Assembly: GCA_050012475.1 (NCBI GenBank)
Contig: JBEKHC010000021.1
Location: 1-56,159 of the forward strand
Reading direction: 5' to 3'
Origin: Candidatus Velthaea sp.
GTDB lineage: Bacteria > Vulcanimicrobiota > Vulcanimicrobiia > Vulcanimicrobiales > Vulcanimicrobiaceae
Length of the DNA stretch: 56,159 nt
The translations under genes were made by a program, and so were the position numbers. The notes beneath the pieces are model-generated. The model saw nothing but the letters and a program-made list of their open reading frames with translations, did no database searches and had not been told where the DNA came from. This document shows, one piece after another, positions 37,077 through 47,924 of this stretch; within the stretch, counting starts at the first letter, position 1; each line of letters starts with the position of its first letter.

Positions 37077-39872
37077 TTGAACGCTCTGCGACGTCTGGCG
37101 AGTGCCGTGCTCATCGGCCTTTTCGTCGATTCCGCGGCCGTCTTGCCGCCGTCGACGGCATCGGCGCAGGCCTCTGCGACACAAATCAGCGGCACGATTG
37201 TCTCGCAAGACAGCGGCCTTGGAATCAGCGGTGCTACCCTTGTCCTAACGCAGGGCCCGAACGTGTTCGCGACGACCACGACGAACGCGTTGGGTAACTT
37301 CTCGTTTCCGAATGTTGCTCCCGGAGAGTACAGCGTGACGATCCGTGCAACGGGCTACACGCAGACACGCATCGAAAGCATTGTCGTCGTCAACGGCACG
37401 ACGACGGCGGTTCGCACGCCGCTGCGGCGCGCGCAAACGAACAATACCGGCGGCATCCGGGAAATCGGGCGGACGAACGCCACGAGCCGGGCCACCTCCG
37501 TGGCGTCGACCGCGACGATTCAGTACAACGTGGATCCCGACCAGATCCAGAGCCAGGGCTTCTTCAAGGCTGCCGACGCGGTCGCGCAGCTTCCAGGCGT
37601 CAATCTCACCGGCGGCCCGCACACGGTCGGGGACGACACCTCGATTGATATTCGCGGGCTCGGCAGCGGTGAGGTCCGACCGCTCCTTGACGGGCATCCG
37701 ATAGGCCCGATCGGCGTCTACAGTCCCGATTACTTCAACTATAACAATACGCCGTACGGACTCCTCGACAACATCAACGTCACCTACGGCTCCGGGGCGA
37801 CGGGCTTGTACGGGGTCGACGTCATCGGCGGCACGATCGATCTCCAGACGCTCTCACCGACGACGCGGCCGCATGGTGACGTGCTGCAGGAATTCGGCAA
37901 CGACGGAACCGCCGAAACGCTGATCAAAACCACGGGTTCGCTCGGCAAATTCGGCTACGCGGTCGGGCACGACGTGCAGGGCACCTACGGTCCGCTCGCA
38001 CCAGGCTTGGTGTTCCAGGGTGCGCGTCCCAACAACAACGGGAACTTGCAGAACGGCGGCGCGTGTCTGCCGGCGACCGTCGGGGCGAACACGATTCCCG
38101 ACGTGACCTCCTGCAACACGGCCTTGAACACCTACTCGGTCAGCGCAAACTTCAAGGTCCTCAACGATATCGCAAAACTGCGCTACAACTTGACACCGAC
38201 GACGGCGTTCACCGTTACCGCATACGACAGCAACACTCATGCTGATAGCACCGGAAACGGCGATAACGACTATCTGCCCTACCCGGCACGTTTGGCGCTG
38301 ATCCAGGCCCAGACGCCGACATGCCCCGGCGGCTACCTTGCCGTCACCGACGCAAATCCTCGAGCCTGTTTGACGGCGCAGCAGCTCGCTGCGGCAACGT
38401 CCGGGCCGGACGGCGGCGGCGAAGATCGCAACCGCGGCACCAGCCTGCAAGACTTTTCAGCCCGCCTCGCGTCGCAAATCGGCATCAACGCGATCTCGGT
38501 GAGCGCGTTCAGCGATTATTACAACTTTCACAAATATTCCGACGCGGCCTCCGGCCTGGATCCGACGGGGACGTTCTTCGTCGGCACCGGAACGTACTTG
38601 GATAAATATCTGACGCACGGCTTCTTAGTCACCGACGACATCGCGACGGTGAAGAATGATGTCGGCTTCGGCTATTACGTCGAGCACCAGCAGACCTCGG
38701 GTGATAATCGCGCGTACGATAGTACGACAAACAGCGTGTCGTTCGTGCCACAGCCGACGCTTGGCGAGGGCGACTATAGCTTCTTCCTGCGCGACAACTA
38801 CACGCTCAATGACAAGGTGTCGACCTTCCTCAATGCGTGGGATCGCCGCAGTAGCGTCACGCAGCACACCACGCTCGATCCGCGTGTCTCGCTGGTCTTC
38901 AAACCCACCGCACACGACGTCGTGCGCCTTACCGCCGGGCAGGCCGACGGTGATCCGGCCGCCAGCACGGTTGCCGCAAATGCCTTGTCGGGGATAACAA
39001 ATCCAAATAGCTTGAATCCGACGTGTAATCCGCTGATCCCCAACGTCGTCGCGTCGGGCGGCAATCCGGATCTCAAACCCGAGCGCTCGTCGGACCTGGA
39101 GGCCGGTTACGGACACCGCTTCTGGTCGGATACTTCACTCAACGTCGTCGGCTATGTTTCCAGCGTACGAGACCAGATCTTCTCGGGCGCTTTCCCGATC
39201 ACGCCGCTTGCGCTCGCCGATCCGTCGATTCTCGGCAGTCTTGCAGGTTTCGCAACGAAGATCAATGCGGCGTGCGGAACGTCGTTGACGGCGGCCGACG
39301 TTTCTTCGCGCCTGGGCTTGTCGGGTTACTTCAACTCGGCGTCGGCACTGTATCGCGGCATCGAGGCCAGCGGCCGCGTGCGCGTGGCGCCCTGGATCCG
39401 GTTCGACTACAGTTACGACATTCAGTCGTCGCAGCAGTTCGGTGAGCCGGCGAACGTCCTGGTAAACAATCCGTTCATCCTCAACGGCAGTCAGATCTAC
39501 GCGATCCCCGTTCACAAGTTCAACGTGGGCGCGGACTACACGGGCCTGCGGGGCTATGAAGCGCAGTTGCAGCTGTATTACATCGGAAACAACAACACGC
39601 TCAACCGGCCGGCTTATACGTACTACAACGGCTTTTTGTCGAAGTCGGTCGGCCATAATCTGTCGCTCACACTTAGCGCCTACAATTTGTTCAATCAAAA
39701 CTCGCAGAGTTATGGCTATTTCGGCCAGCAGCTGCCGGCCCCGACCAACTCCTACTATACCGGCGACTCCTCGGCGATCGGCCAGGTCGTTGGCTTAGGC
39801 CCGGGAACGCAAGAAGAGCTCTTCGGCCTACAGCCGCGACTCATCACGCTCCAGATCAACGCCCGCTTCTAG
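37077..39872 (+). CDS. TonB-dependent receptor with an N-terminal carboxypeptidase-regulatory-like domain
   Basis: Signal peptide, ISGTIV..GNFSF..GEYSV, plug IDIRG..LLDGHP..YG...GGTIDL, GNPDLKPE, NLFNQ, terminal F. Start TTG 37077 is tentative. Confidence 0.9.
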   Translation: MNALRRLASAVLIGLFVDSAAVLPPSTASAQASATQISGTIVSQDSGLGISGATLVLTQGPNVFATTTTNALGNFSFPNVAPGEYSVTIRATGYTQTRIESIVVVNGTTTAVRTPLRRAQTNNTGGIREIGRTNATSRATSVASTATIQYNVDPDQIQSQGFFKAADAVAQLPGVNLTGGPHTVGDDTSIDIRGLGSGEVRPLLDGHPIGPIGVYSPDYFNYNNTPYGLLDNINVTYGSGATGLYGVDVIGGTIDLQTLSPTTRPHGDVLQEFGNDGTAETLIKTTGSLGKFGYAVGHDVQGTYGPLAPGLVFQGARPNNNGNLQNGGACLPATVGANTIPDVTSCNTALNTYSVSANFKVLNDIAKLRYNLTPTTAFTVTAYDSNTHADSTGNGDNDYLPYPARLALIQAQTPTCPGGYLAVTDANPRACLTAQQLAAATSGPDGGGEDRNRGTSLQDFSARLASQIGINAISVSAFSDYYNFHKYSDAASGLDPTGTFFVGTGTYLDKYLTHGFLVTDDIATVKNDVGFGYYVEHQQTSGDNRAYDSTTNSVSFVPQPTLGEGDYSFFLRDNYTLNDKVSTFLNAWDRRSSVTQHTTLDPRVSLVFKPTAHDVVRLTAGQADGDPAASTVAANALSGITNPNSLNPTCNPLIPNVVASGGNPDLKPERSSDLEAGYGHRFWSDTSLNVVGYVSSVRDQIFSGAFPITPLALADPSILGSLAGFATKINAACGTSLTAADVSSRLGLSGYFNSASALYRGIEASGRVRVAPWIRFDYSYDIQSSQQFGEPANVLVNNPFILNGSQIYAIPVHKFNVGADYTGLRGYEAQLQLYYIGNNNTLNRPAYTYYNGFLSKSVGHNLSLTLSAYNLFNQNSQSYGYFGQQLPAPTNSYYTGDSSAIGQVVGLGPGTQEELFGLQPRLITLQINARF

Positions 39873-39969
39873 CTGCTCTGATTTCGCCCTGGACATCGTC
39901 GCTACGCGGCTCAATTGTTGAAGCAAACTTCGCCGCTAAGCTCCTCGCCAGGCGGCTGGTTTGCGGCTG

Positions 39970-40521
39970 CTACGTGCGGGCCTCGGCCACTTCGTGCATC
40001 TCCGGGTCGCCGATGCCGTGGTCGAGATAGGAGCGGGAAAGCTCGACGTATTCGGGCGAGGCGTGCTCGACCCACCAAACCGCATCGCCTTCGAGCTTCT
40101 TTTTGACCGTTGCCGGCGCTCCCGCAGCCAGCACGCCCGGCGGGATCTTCGCCCCGGCGCCGACGACCGAGCCGGCGCCGATGAGGGTCTTGGCTCCGAC
40201 GACCGCCGCGTTGAGGACGACGGTGTTGCTGCCGATGAGCGCCCCGTCCTCGATGACGCAGTCTTCCATGATCGTGCAGTGCCCGATCGTACAGTCGTCT
40301 CCGATGATGGTTTGATTGCCGGTGCTGACGTGGACGACACTGTTGTCTTGTATAGACGTGCGGGCTCCGATGCGGATGGGTCCATTGTCGCCCCGAACGA
40401 CCGCCCCGAACCAAATGCTCGATTCCTCGCCGATCTGTACGTCGCCGATGAGCACCGCGGTCGGCGCCACGAACGCGCTTTCGGCCACCTTCGGGCGCTT
40501 CCCACGGTACTCGATGATCAT
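39970..40521 (-). CDS. Gamma carbonic anhydrase family (YrdA/CaiE-like) protein
   Basis: Hexapeptide repeats, IGDVQIG..SSIW..VVRGD, IQDNSVVH, IGH; AGGAG RBS. Confidence 0.9.
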   Translation of the reverse strand: MIIEYRGKRPKVAESAFVAPTAVLIGDVQIGEESSIWFGAVVRGDNGPIRIGARTSIQDNSVVHVSTGNQTIIGDDCTIGHCTIMEDCVIEDGALIGSNTVVLNAAVVGAKTLIGAGSVVGAGAKIPPGVLAAGAPATVKKKLEGDAVWWVEHASPEYVELSRSYLDHGIGDPEMHEVAEART

Positions 40522-40578
40522 CCCACTCCTCCGGCGAACGCTTCTGCCTGCTAACTTGTCGGTTTGAACCGAGGTCCC

Positions 40579-40833
40579 TTGAGCCAACATCGCCACCAGA
40601 CCCCCCTGCGCGGCACGAAGGTCACGCCGCGTCCAGCACCGGCCAACCCCGACTACCGGGAGGTCAACTATGCCTATGCCGGTCAGGAAGGGCACATTCA
40701 CGAGATCGTCACGATCGGCGGCCGTCAACTCGCCAAGGTCGGTTTCGACGATCGCAAGATCGTGTATTACTTCCTCGACGATCTGGAGATGGACGAAGCG
40801 GCGCGCAAGCGCACCTTTCACGACCTGCCGTAA
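40579..40833 (+). CDS. Small hypothetical protein (possibly an SH3/KOW-like barrel)
   Basis: GAGG RBS and TTG start; YAGQEGHIHEI...AKVGFDD..IVYY pattern. Confidence 0.65.
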   Translation: MSQHRHQTPLRGTKVTPRPAPANPDYREVNYAYAGQEGHIHEIVTIGGRQLAKVGFDDRKIVYYFLDDLEMDEAARKRTFHDLP

Positions 40834-40844
40834 CGCTGCGGCAG

Positions 40845-41516
40845 CTACCGGAAGATGCCGTCGTCCAATCCGGTATTGACGCGATAGTCGGTCATGTTCC
40901 AGGCTTCCACGAGTTGCGCGCGTTCGTAGCGCTTGCGGGCGACGATCGTGCCGCTTTGCGACACGTCGATGACGTCGCGGGTGATGTCGCGATCGGCCGC
41001 CGAGTCGCCGGGACACGCGACCCGTTCGCGGTCGAGGACGATCTCTTCGGTCGGCTCGCCGTCGATTGCAGGTCCGCTATGCTCTTGGAGGTCGTCCCGG
41101 TACTGCTCGAGACACGCGACGATGTTGCCCAGGACCGGCGTGCGAACACCGTTGCCGCGCAACGACGTGAAACGGTGGTCGTCGACGCTGCCGCGGATCT
41201 TGAGAAATGAAAGACCCGCCCGATACGCGACTAGGTCCTCCCCGCCTGTCCAGACGACCGTCGCGACGCGCCGATCCGCCGACATGACGTCCAACCGTGC
41301 CTGCCCCGGCTTGCGGAAAAAGTAATGCAGCACGCGATCTTCGGAATTCGCGCCGAGGACTTCGTGAGCGAGGATCGTGACGCTATAGTCCCGGGTGTTC
41401 GACCACGCTGCCGCGAGCCGGTCGAGCGCGGTTTCGGCGCCGGCCGGGCCTACCGTCGCGCCGGTCAATCCTGCCGCCAGCGCTGCTGCGGCAACCCAAT
41501 TCCAAGTTCGACCCAC
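40845..41516 (-). CDS. LolA-like / outer-membrane lipoprotein-sorting domain protein
   Basis: Signal peptide, DYSVTI, FFRKPGQARLD, YRVNTGLDDGIF C-terminus typical of the LolA-like fold. Confidence 0.7.
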   Translation of the reverse strand: MGRTWNWVAAAALAAGLTGATVGPAGAETALDRLAAAWSNTRDYSVTILAHEVLGANSEDRVLHYFFRKPGQARLDVMSADRRVATVVWTGGEDLVAYRAGLSFLKIRGSVDDHRFTSLRGNGVRTPVLGNIVACLEQYRDDLQEHSGPAIDGEPTEEIVLDRERVACPGDSAADRDITRDVIDVSQSGTIVARKRYERAQLVEAWNMTDYRVNTGLDDGIFR

Positions 41517-41624
41517 GTCGCGTTCACCTCGCGGTCAGTGTATCGGCCGAGGATGAGAGAAATCTGAATGCCCGAACGGGCGGTCGGCTACGCCGTGCCG
41601 GCGATCTGCCCGCTGCGGCGTGTG

Positions 41625-41951
41625 CCAGGCGGCGGCGAAAAGCGGCTTGAACCGAGCGCTGCTCGATGCGGGCTTGGAATTCTTCGACGTTTGGTTGGCG
41701 AGAAGGCTGAAAGCGCCGTTCGCCGAGTGGTCGATGTCGAAACAAAATATTCGTCGCAGGAGTGCAGCAAATGCGGCACGATTGCGGCGAAGAGTCGCCG
41801 GAGAAGGCGCTTCGCTCGTATCGCGTGTGGGTTCACCCTTCACGCCGGTCTGAACGCGGCGCTGGTGATTCGGGAACGAGCGCAATTGGCGCTCGCGAGT
41901 GAGCCATATCCGGCCGAGGACGTCGGTCGCAGGGCACGATGCACTGCGTAG
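41625..41951 (+). pseudogene. tnpB: Truncated, frameshifted tnpB (IS200/IS605 family) remnant
   Basis: One frame gives AAKSGLNRALLDAG; another gives EKAESAVRRVVDVETKYSSQECSKCG...RFARIACGFTLHAGLNAALVI. N-terminus absent, RuvC-III D replaced by G, one Zn-finger C replaced by R. Confidence 0.85.
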
Positions 41952-42017
41952 GCACACACCACGAAGATAGACAAGAAGCCGACGACGCCCGAGCGAAAAC
42001 GCGAGCGTTCGTCGTGA

Positions 42018-42050
42018 ATACTACGTCATGGAGATTAAGGATAGATAAAC
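42018..42050 (-). promoter_or_regulatory. Candidate Pho-box promoter firing leftwards
   Basis: Minus strand GTTTATCTATC-CTTAATC, 9 nt, then TAGTAT; same geometry as the sites at 36842 and 46941. Confidence 0.45.
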
Positions 42051-42125
42051 AGCGCTTCGGACGCGCGTGGCGGCAAGCCATTTGTGACATTGCGCAGTTC
42101 GCCGTGCGGTGCTACCATCGCGACG

Positions 42126-43049
42126 ATGCCACTCATTCCGTTAGCCCCGCCGATGCCCGTGCCGCTCGCGGGCGGTTTCGATTACGTGACGGTGGACGCT
42201 GCGCACCGGCGCGTGTATGCTGCTCACACCGGCGCGTCGACGCTGCTGATCGTTGATGCCGACTCGGGTGCCGTTCTCCATCAAATTAGCGTCGGCCCGA
42301 TGCACGGGGTCGCTTACAGCGCCGATGGGACGAAGGTGTACACCGGCAACGGCGACGACAAGAGCGTCTCCGAAAGCGATCCAGCGACATTCAAGGTCAT
42401 GCGCACGGCGCCCGTCGACGGACCGGTCGACGCGATCGCGCTCGACGAGTCGAAGGGGCTCATCTATGCCGACGAAGACGACGGAACGCGCATCTTCGTC
42501 ATCGATGTCAAAACGATGAAGCAAATCGCGACCGTTGCGCTGCCGGGGCACAAGCCCGAGTACCTCGCGGTCGATCCGGCTACCCACGCCGTGTATCAGA
42601 ACATTGCCGATAAATCGGAAGTGGCGGTCGTCGACCCGCAGCAATTTTCCGTTGCTTCGATCGTTCCGACGCCCGAACTCACCTCGAATCACCCGCTCCA
42701 GTACGACGCCGGCTTCAAGCAAATCGTTGCCGGCGGCGCGAACGGCGTTCTGGGCGTGTACGATCCGGCGGGCAAAAAGCTGTTCCAGGCGGCGCTGCCG
42801 CCCCATGTCGATCAGTGCGACCTCGATCAGAGCACGCACCTCCTGGCGTGCGCAGGCGGAACGGGGATCACGGTCTTTCAATTGTCCGCCGACGCGGCGC
42901 CCAAAGTCGTCGGTTCGTCTACCGGAACGTATCGCGTTCACACGCTTGCCTTCGATGCGAAGACCCACGACGTCTGGGCGGTCATGGTCGACGACGGACC
43001 GTCGAAGGCCGGCTACATTCAGCGCTTTTCGCTCGGCGCCAAGCCATGA
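42126..43049 (+). CDS. YncE/YVTN-type beta-propeller protein
   Basis: GGFDYVTVD..HRRVY.AH, repeated blades (V.VID, LAVDP). Confidence 0.85.
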   Translation: MPLIPLAPPMPVPLAGGFDYVTVDAAHRRVYAAHTGASTLLIVDADSGAVLHQISVGPMHGVAYSADGTKVYTGNGDDKSVSESDPATFKVMRTAPVDGPVDAIALDESKGLIYADEDDGTRIFVIDVKTMKQIATVALPGHKPEYLAVDPATHAVYQNIADKSEVAVVDPQQFSVASIVPTPELTSNHPLQYDAGFKQIVAGGANGVLGVYDPAGKKLFQAALPPHVDQCDLDQSTHLLACAGGTGITVFQLSADAAPKVVGSSTGTYRVHTLAFDAKTHDVWAVMVDDGPSKAGYIQRFSLGAKP

Positions 43050-44125
43050 AGAAAATGAGCGTCCAACTGCGCACGCTGGCAGCGATCGGTCTCGCGACGC
43101 TGGCAATCGGCGGATTTCCGCGAGCGAGCGGCGCCGCCGGCGGTGCCGTGCCGCACTACGATCATATCTTGGTGATCGTCGAGGAAAACAAAGGCTACGC
43201 GACGGTTCTCAATCGCGGCGAAGCGCCGAACATCAGCCGACTGGCGGCGACGTACGGAACCGCGACGCAGATGTTTGCCGAGGTGCATCCCAGCGAACCA
43301 AACTACGTCGCGCTGCTCGGCGGCGATACGTTCGGCATTCACGACGACGACGCGTGGTACTGCGTTCCGAACGATACGCATCCGTCGTGCAAGGGGGCCG
43401 GCGAGCCCGGATTCGTCGCGCACTTGATCGACGGTCCGAACCTTGCGAGCCAACTGCGGGCCAAGGGCTTGGGTTGGCGCGCGTACCTCGAGAGCCTTCC
43501 GGCACCTGGCTCGCTGGCGATCGTTTCGCCCGAATCCGCCACCGAACCGGCCGCTTTGTATGCCGCGAAGCACACCGGCTTCACCAACTTCGCGTCCGTC
43601 CACGCCGATCCGGACTTGCAGAACGAACTCGTCGGGTTCGATGCGCTCAGCGCCGACTTGCAGGCGGGACGCATCCCGGCGTTCGCGTTCATCGTGCCCA
43701 ATCAGTGCAACGAAATGCACGGCATCGATTCACCCAAGGCGCCGCCGGATTGCGCCAAGGACGATGCCGGACTGGTCCGCCGCGGAGATACGGTCGTGGG
43801 GAACCTCGTCGCCGAAATTCAAGCCTCGCCAATCTGGAGCAACGGGAACACCGCTATCGTCATAACGTGGGACGAAGACGGCAAGGCCGATCGGCTGCCC
43901 GGCGCGCCGCAATCGTGCTGCGTGATTGACGCCCACAATCCGGGCGGCGGCCACATTCCGACGATCGTGATCACCAACCGCGGCCCGCATGGCGTGAGCG
44001 ATCCGACACCGTACGATCACTATAGCCTGTTGCGGACGTTCGAAGATGCGTTCGGTCTCGGCCATCTCCGTCACGCCGGCGACCCTGGTGTGCAGGCAAT
44101 GACGCCGCTCTTCGCGCTGAAATGA
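43046..44125 (+). CDS. Secreted phosphoesterase (acid phosphatase/phospholipase C family)
   Basis: Signal peptide, DHILVIVEEN, HPSEPNY, KH, PNQCNEMH, ITWDE, YDHYSLLRT. Confidence 0.9.
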   Translation: MKKMSVQLRTLAAIGLATLAIGGFPRASGAAGGAVPHYDHILVIVEENKGYATVLNRGEAPNISRLAATYGTATQMFAEVHPSEPNYVALLGGDTFGIHDDDAWYCVPNDTHPSCKGAGEPGFVAHLIDGPNLASQLRAKGLGWRAYLESLPAPGSLAIVSPESATEPAALYAAKHTGFTNFASVHADPDLQNELVGFDALSADLQAGRIPAFAFIVPNQCNEMHGIDSPKAPPDCAKDDAGLVRRGDTVVGNLVAEIQASPIWSNGNTAIVITWDEDGKADRLPGAPQSCCVIDAHNPGGGHIPTIVITNRGPHGVSDPTPYDHYSLLRTFEDAFGLGHLRHAGDPGVQAMTPLFALK

Positions 44126-44850
44126 GCGTGCCAACGCCTGCGGCGATGACAAGGCCCGGTCGGGCTCGAAGGTACGCGACGTTGAACGCGGTGCTCGAGA
44201 CCTCGGCCATCATCTTCGATCTCGACGGCGTACTCGCCGACTCGAGCGTGGTCGTCGACCACGCCTGGATCGAGTGGGGCGACCGCCACGGGATCGATCC
44301 CGGGCTGATCCGGCAAACCATTCCCGGTAAGCGAACGCGCGATTCGATCGCGCTTCTCGCGCCCGAAAGTGACGTGGAAGCTGAAGCGGCGCGCATCACC
44401 GCGCGCGAGCAAAGCTTGGTCGACTTCGTGACGCCGATTCGCGGCGCGGGCGCGCTGCTGGCCCAATTGCCGGCCGGCAGCTGGGGCGTTGCGACGTCGG
44501 GCACCGACGCCATCGCCCGCTCGCGGCTCGCCCATGCCGGCTTGCCGGTTCCGGACGTCCTCATTAGCGCGGACATGGTCCGGCGCGGCAAACCCGATCC
44601 CGAAGTCTATCTCCGGGCGGCAGCGGGACTCGGCGTCGATGCGACCGCTTGCATGGTCTTTGAGGATGCCCCCAGCGGCGTTCTTGCCGCAAGGGCAACC
44701 GGCGCGACCGTGGTGGGCGTGTTGACCTGGGCCGAGCGCTCACTCCTGCAGGTGACCTACGCCGTCAAGGACCTGCGAGCGGTGCACGTGACGGCGCTCG
44801 GCCGGCGCCTGCGCGTCGAATTGCACGATCCGGAGCCGGCAAGAACTTGA
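44122..44850 (+). CDS. HAD-IA family hydrolase (sugar phosphatase YfbT-like)
   Basis: FDLDGVLADS, VATSG, GKPDPE, FEDAPSG. Start could be further downstream. Confidence 0.9.
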   Translation: MSVPTPAAMTRPGRARRYATLNAVLETSAIIFDLDGVLADSSVVVDHAWIEWGDRHGIDPGLIRQTIPGKRTRDSIALLAPESDVEAEAARITAREQSLVDFVTPIRGAGALLAQLPAGSWGVATSGTDAIARSRLAHAGLPVPDVLISADMVRRGKPDPEVYLRAAAGLGVDATACMVFEDAPSGVLAARATGATVVGVLTWAERSLLQVTYAVKDLRAVHVTALGRRLRVELHDPEPART

Positions 44851-44882
44851 CTTTCGAGCGCCGTGCGGCCTCGGCATTCGCC

Positions 44883-44912
44883 TTGACGGAAACAGGCGCC
44901 CTATGGTAGGTT
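44883..44912 (+). promoter_or_regulatory. Putative promoter of the leu leader/leuA
   Basis: TTGACG-N18-TAGGTT with a TG extension. Confidence 0.5.
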
Positions 44913-44919
44913 CGAGGAG

Positions 44920-44982
44920 ATGAAGGGCTCGATGCGCGTTTTGGCGCTGCGTGAACTCCTTAGCGGCTCGCTCCAAGAGTAG
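44920..44982 (+). CDS. Putative leucine leader peptide MKGSMRVLALRELLSGSLQE
   Basis: 20-codon ORF with 5 Leu codons directly upstream of leuA, followed by a terminator-like hairpin. Confidence 0.65.
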   Translation: MKGSMRVLALRELLSGSLQE

Positions 44983-46746
<1,764 letters not shown>

Positions 46747-46767
46747 GTCAACAGCTTGAGGAACGAA

Positions 46768-46796
46768 ACGCCGGCCTCACGCCGGCGTCCTGGTTT
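46768..46796 (+). terminator. Possible terminator hairpin after leuA
   Basis: ACGCCGGC-CTCAC-GCCGGCGT, weak T tail. Confidence 0.4.
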
Positions 46797-46940
46797 CGAA
46801 TGGTGTCCTCGTCCGCTCCCTTGGGCGCCGAAAATGATCTGCTGATGTTGCGCTCGACTAGCCGATGAGTTTCGCCTAGCGAACCGAATCCGGAGCGGCT
46901 TCGCCGAGCCGGGGCGGTATTATGGTGTTCTTGAGGATAC

Positions 46941-46973
46941 GTTAAACTCGGCTTAAGAGGCCTGAGGCACACT
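46941..46973 (+). promoter_or_regulatory. Candidate Pho-box promoter of the phn operon
   Basis: GTTAAACTCGG-CTTAAGA (11-bp period), 9 nt, then CACACT, just upstream of phnD. Confidence 0.6.
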
Positions 46974-47006
46974 CGTTGCATTCCGCTTACCCGTGCGAGG
47001 TGCAAC

Positions 47007-47924
47007 GTGTCGCGATTTCTTCCGCCGCTGCTGTGCGCGTTCGCTCTTTCGGCGACGCCGTCGCTGCCGGCCTCGGCTCAAGCCCAGCCGGCCACCGCAG
47101 CCGGCTGTCCCAACGGAGGAACGGTGCGCTTTGGGCTCGAGCCGTTCGAGGCTGCGTCGCGCTTGCTCCCGGCGTACGATGCGCTGACCAAACTCGTGAG
47201 CGCGAAACTCGGCTGCCCGGTCGAACTGTTGATTACCACGAGCTACAACGCCGAGATCGAGGCCATGCGAAACGGCAAGCTCGACGTCGCTGAGTTTGGT
47301 CCGCTCGGATACGTGCTTGCACACCAAGTCGCGCATGCCGACGCCGTGGCGACGTATGGTGACGACACTGGCAAACCCATCGCTTACTATGCGAGCATCG
47401 TAAGCTGGCGTGGTTCGGGAATCACCTCGCTCAAGGATATCGCGAACCATTCGTTCGCGTACTCTGACCCGGCCTCGACGTCGGGCCACTTGTTTCCGGC
47501 TTACGGCTTACGGACCCATGGTATCGATCCGGATCACGGCATTCGCCCAATGTACGCCGGCAGCCACACCGCATCGTTCGAGGCGATCCGGAACAAAAAG
47601 GTCGATGCGGGGGAGCTCAACAGCAACGAAGTGGATAGCGCGACGGAGGCCGGCGAGTACACACCGGCTGACTGGGTGACGCTGTGGAAATCGGATCCGA
47701 TTCCCAATGATGCGATTGCCGTGCGACGCGACTTGCCCGACGCGTTCAAGCTGCGCTTCGCCCAAGTGATGCAGGCGCTGCCGTTCAGCGAGTTGCCGCC
47801 GGACGTCGTCAAGGTCTTTCCGGCCACGAAGACCACGCGCTTCGTGCCCATGCCCGACGCCGCCTACGACGGGATCCGCGACTTGGTGAAAACGCTGAAC
47901 GTCGATCTGACCAAATTATCGTGA
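47007..47924 (+). CDS. phnD: Phosphonate ABC transporter substrate-binding protein
   Basis: Signal peptide, SYNAEIEAMRNGKLD, DPASTSGHLFP, GSH, IPND. Confidence 0.93.
   Translation: MSRFLPPLLCAFALSATPSLPASAQAQPATAAGCPNGGTVRFGLEPFEAASRLLPAYDALTKLVSAKLGCPVELLITTSYNAEIEAMRNGKLDVAEFGPLGYVLAHQVAHADAVATYGDDTGKPIAYYASIVSWRGSGITSLKDIANHSFAYSDPASTSGHLFPAYGLRTHGIDPDHGIRPMYAGSHTASFEAIRNKKVDAGELNSNEVDSATEAGEYTPADWVTLWKSDPIPNDAIAVRRDLPDAFKLRFAQVMQALPFSELPPDVVKVFPATKTTRFVPMPDAAYDGIRDLVKTLNVDLTKLS

Noticed and set aside
41568..41951. Active miniature TnpB/Cas12f nuclease
   Set aside because: N-terminal and RuvC-I regions are missing, the frame is broken, and the catalytic Asp and a Zn ligand are mutated.
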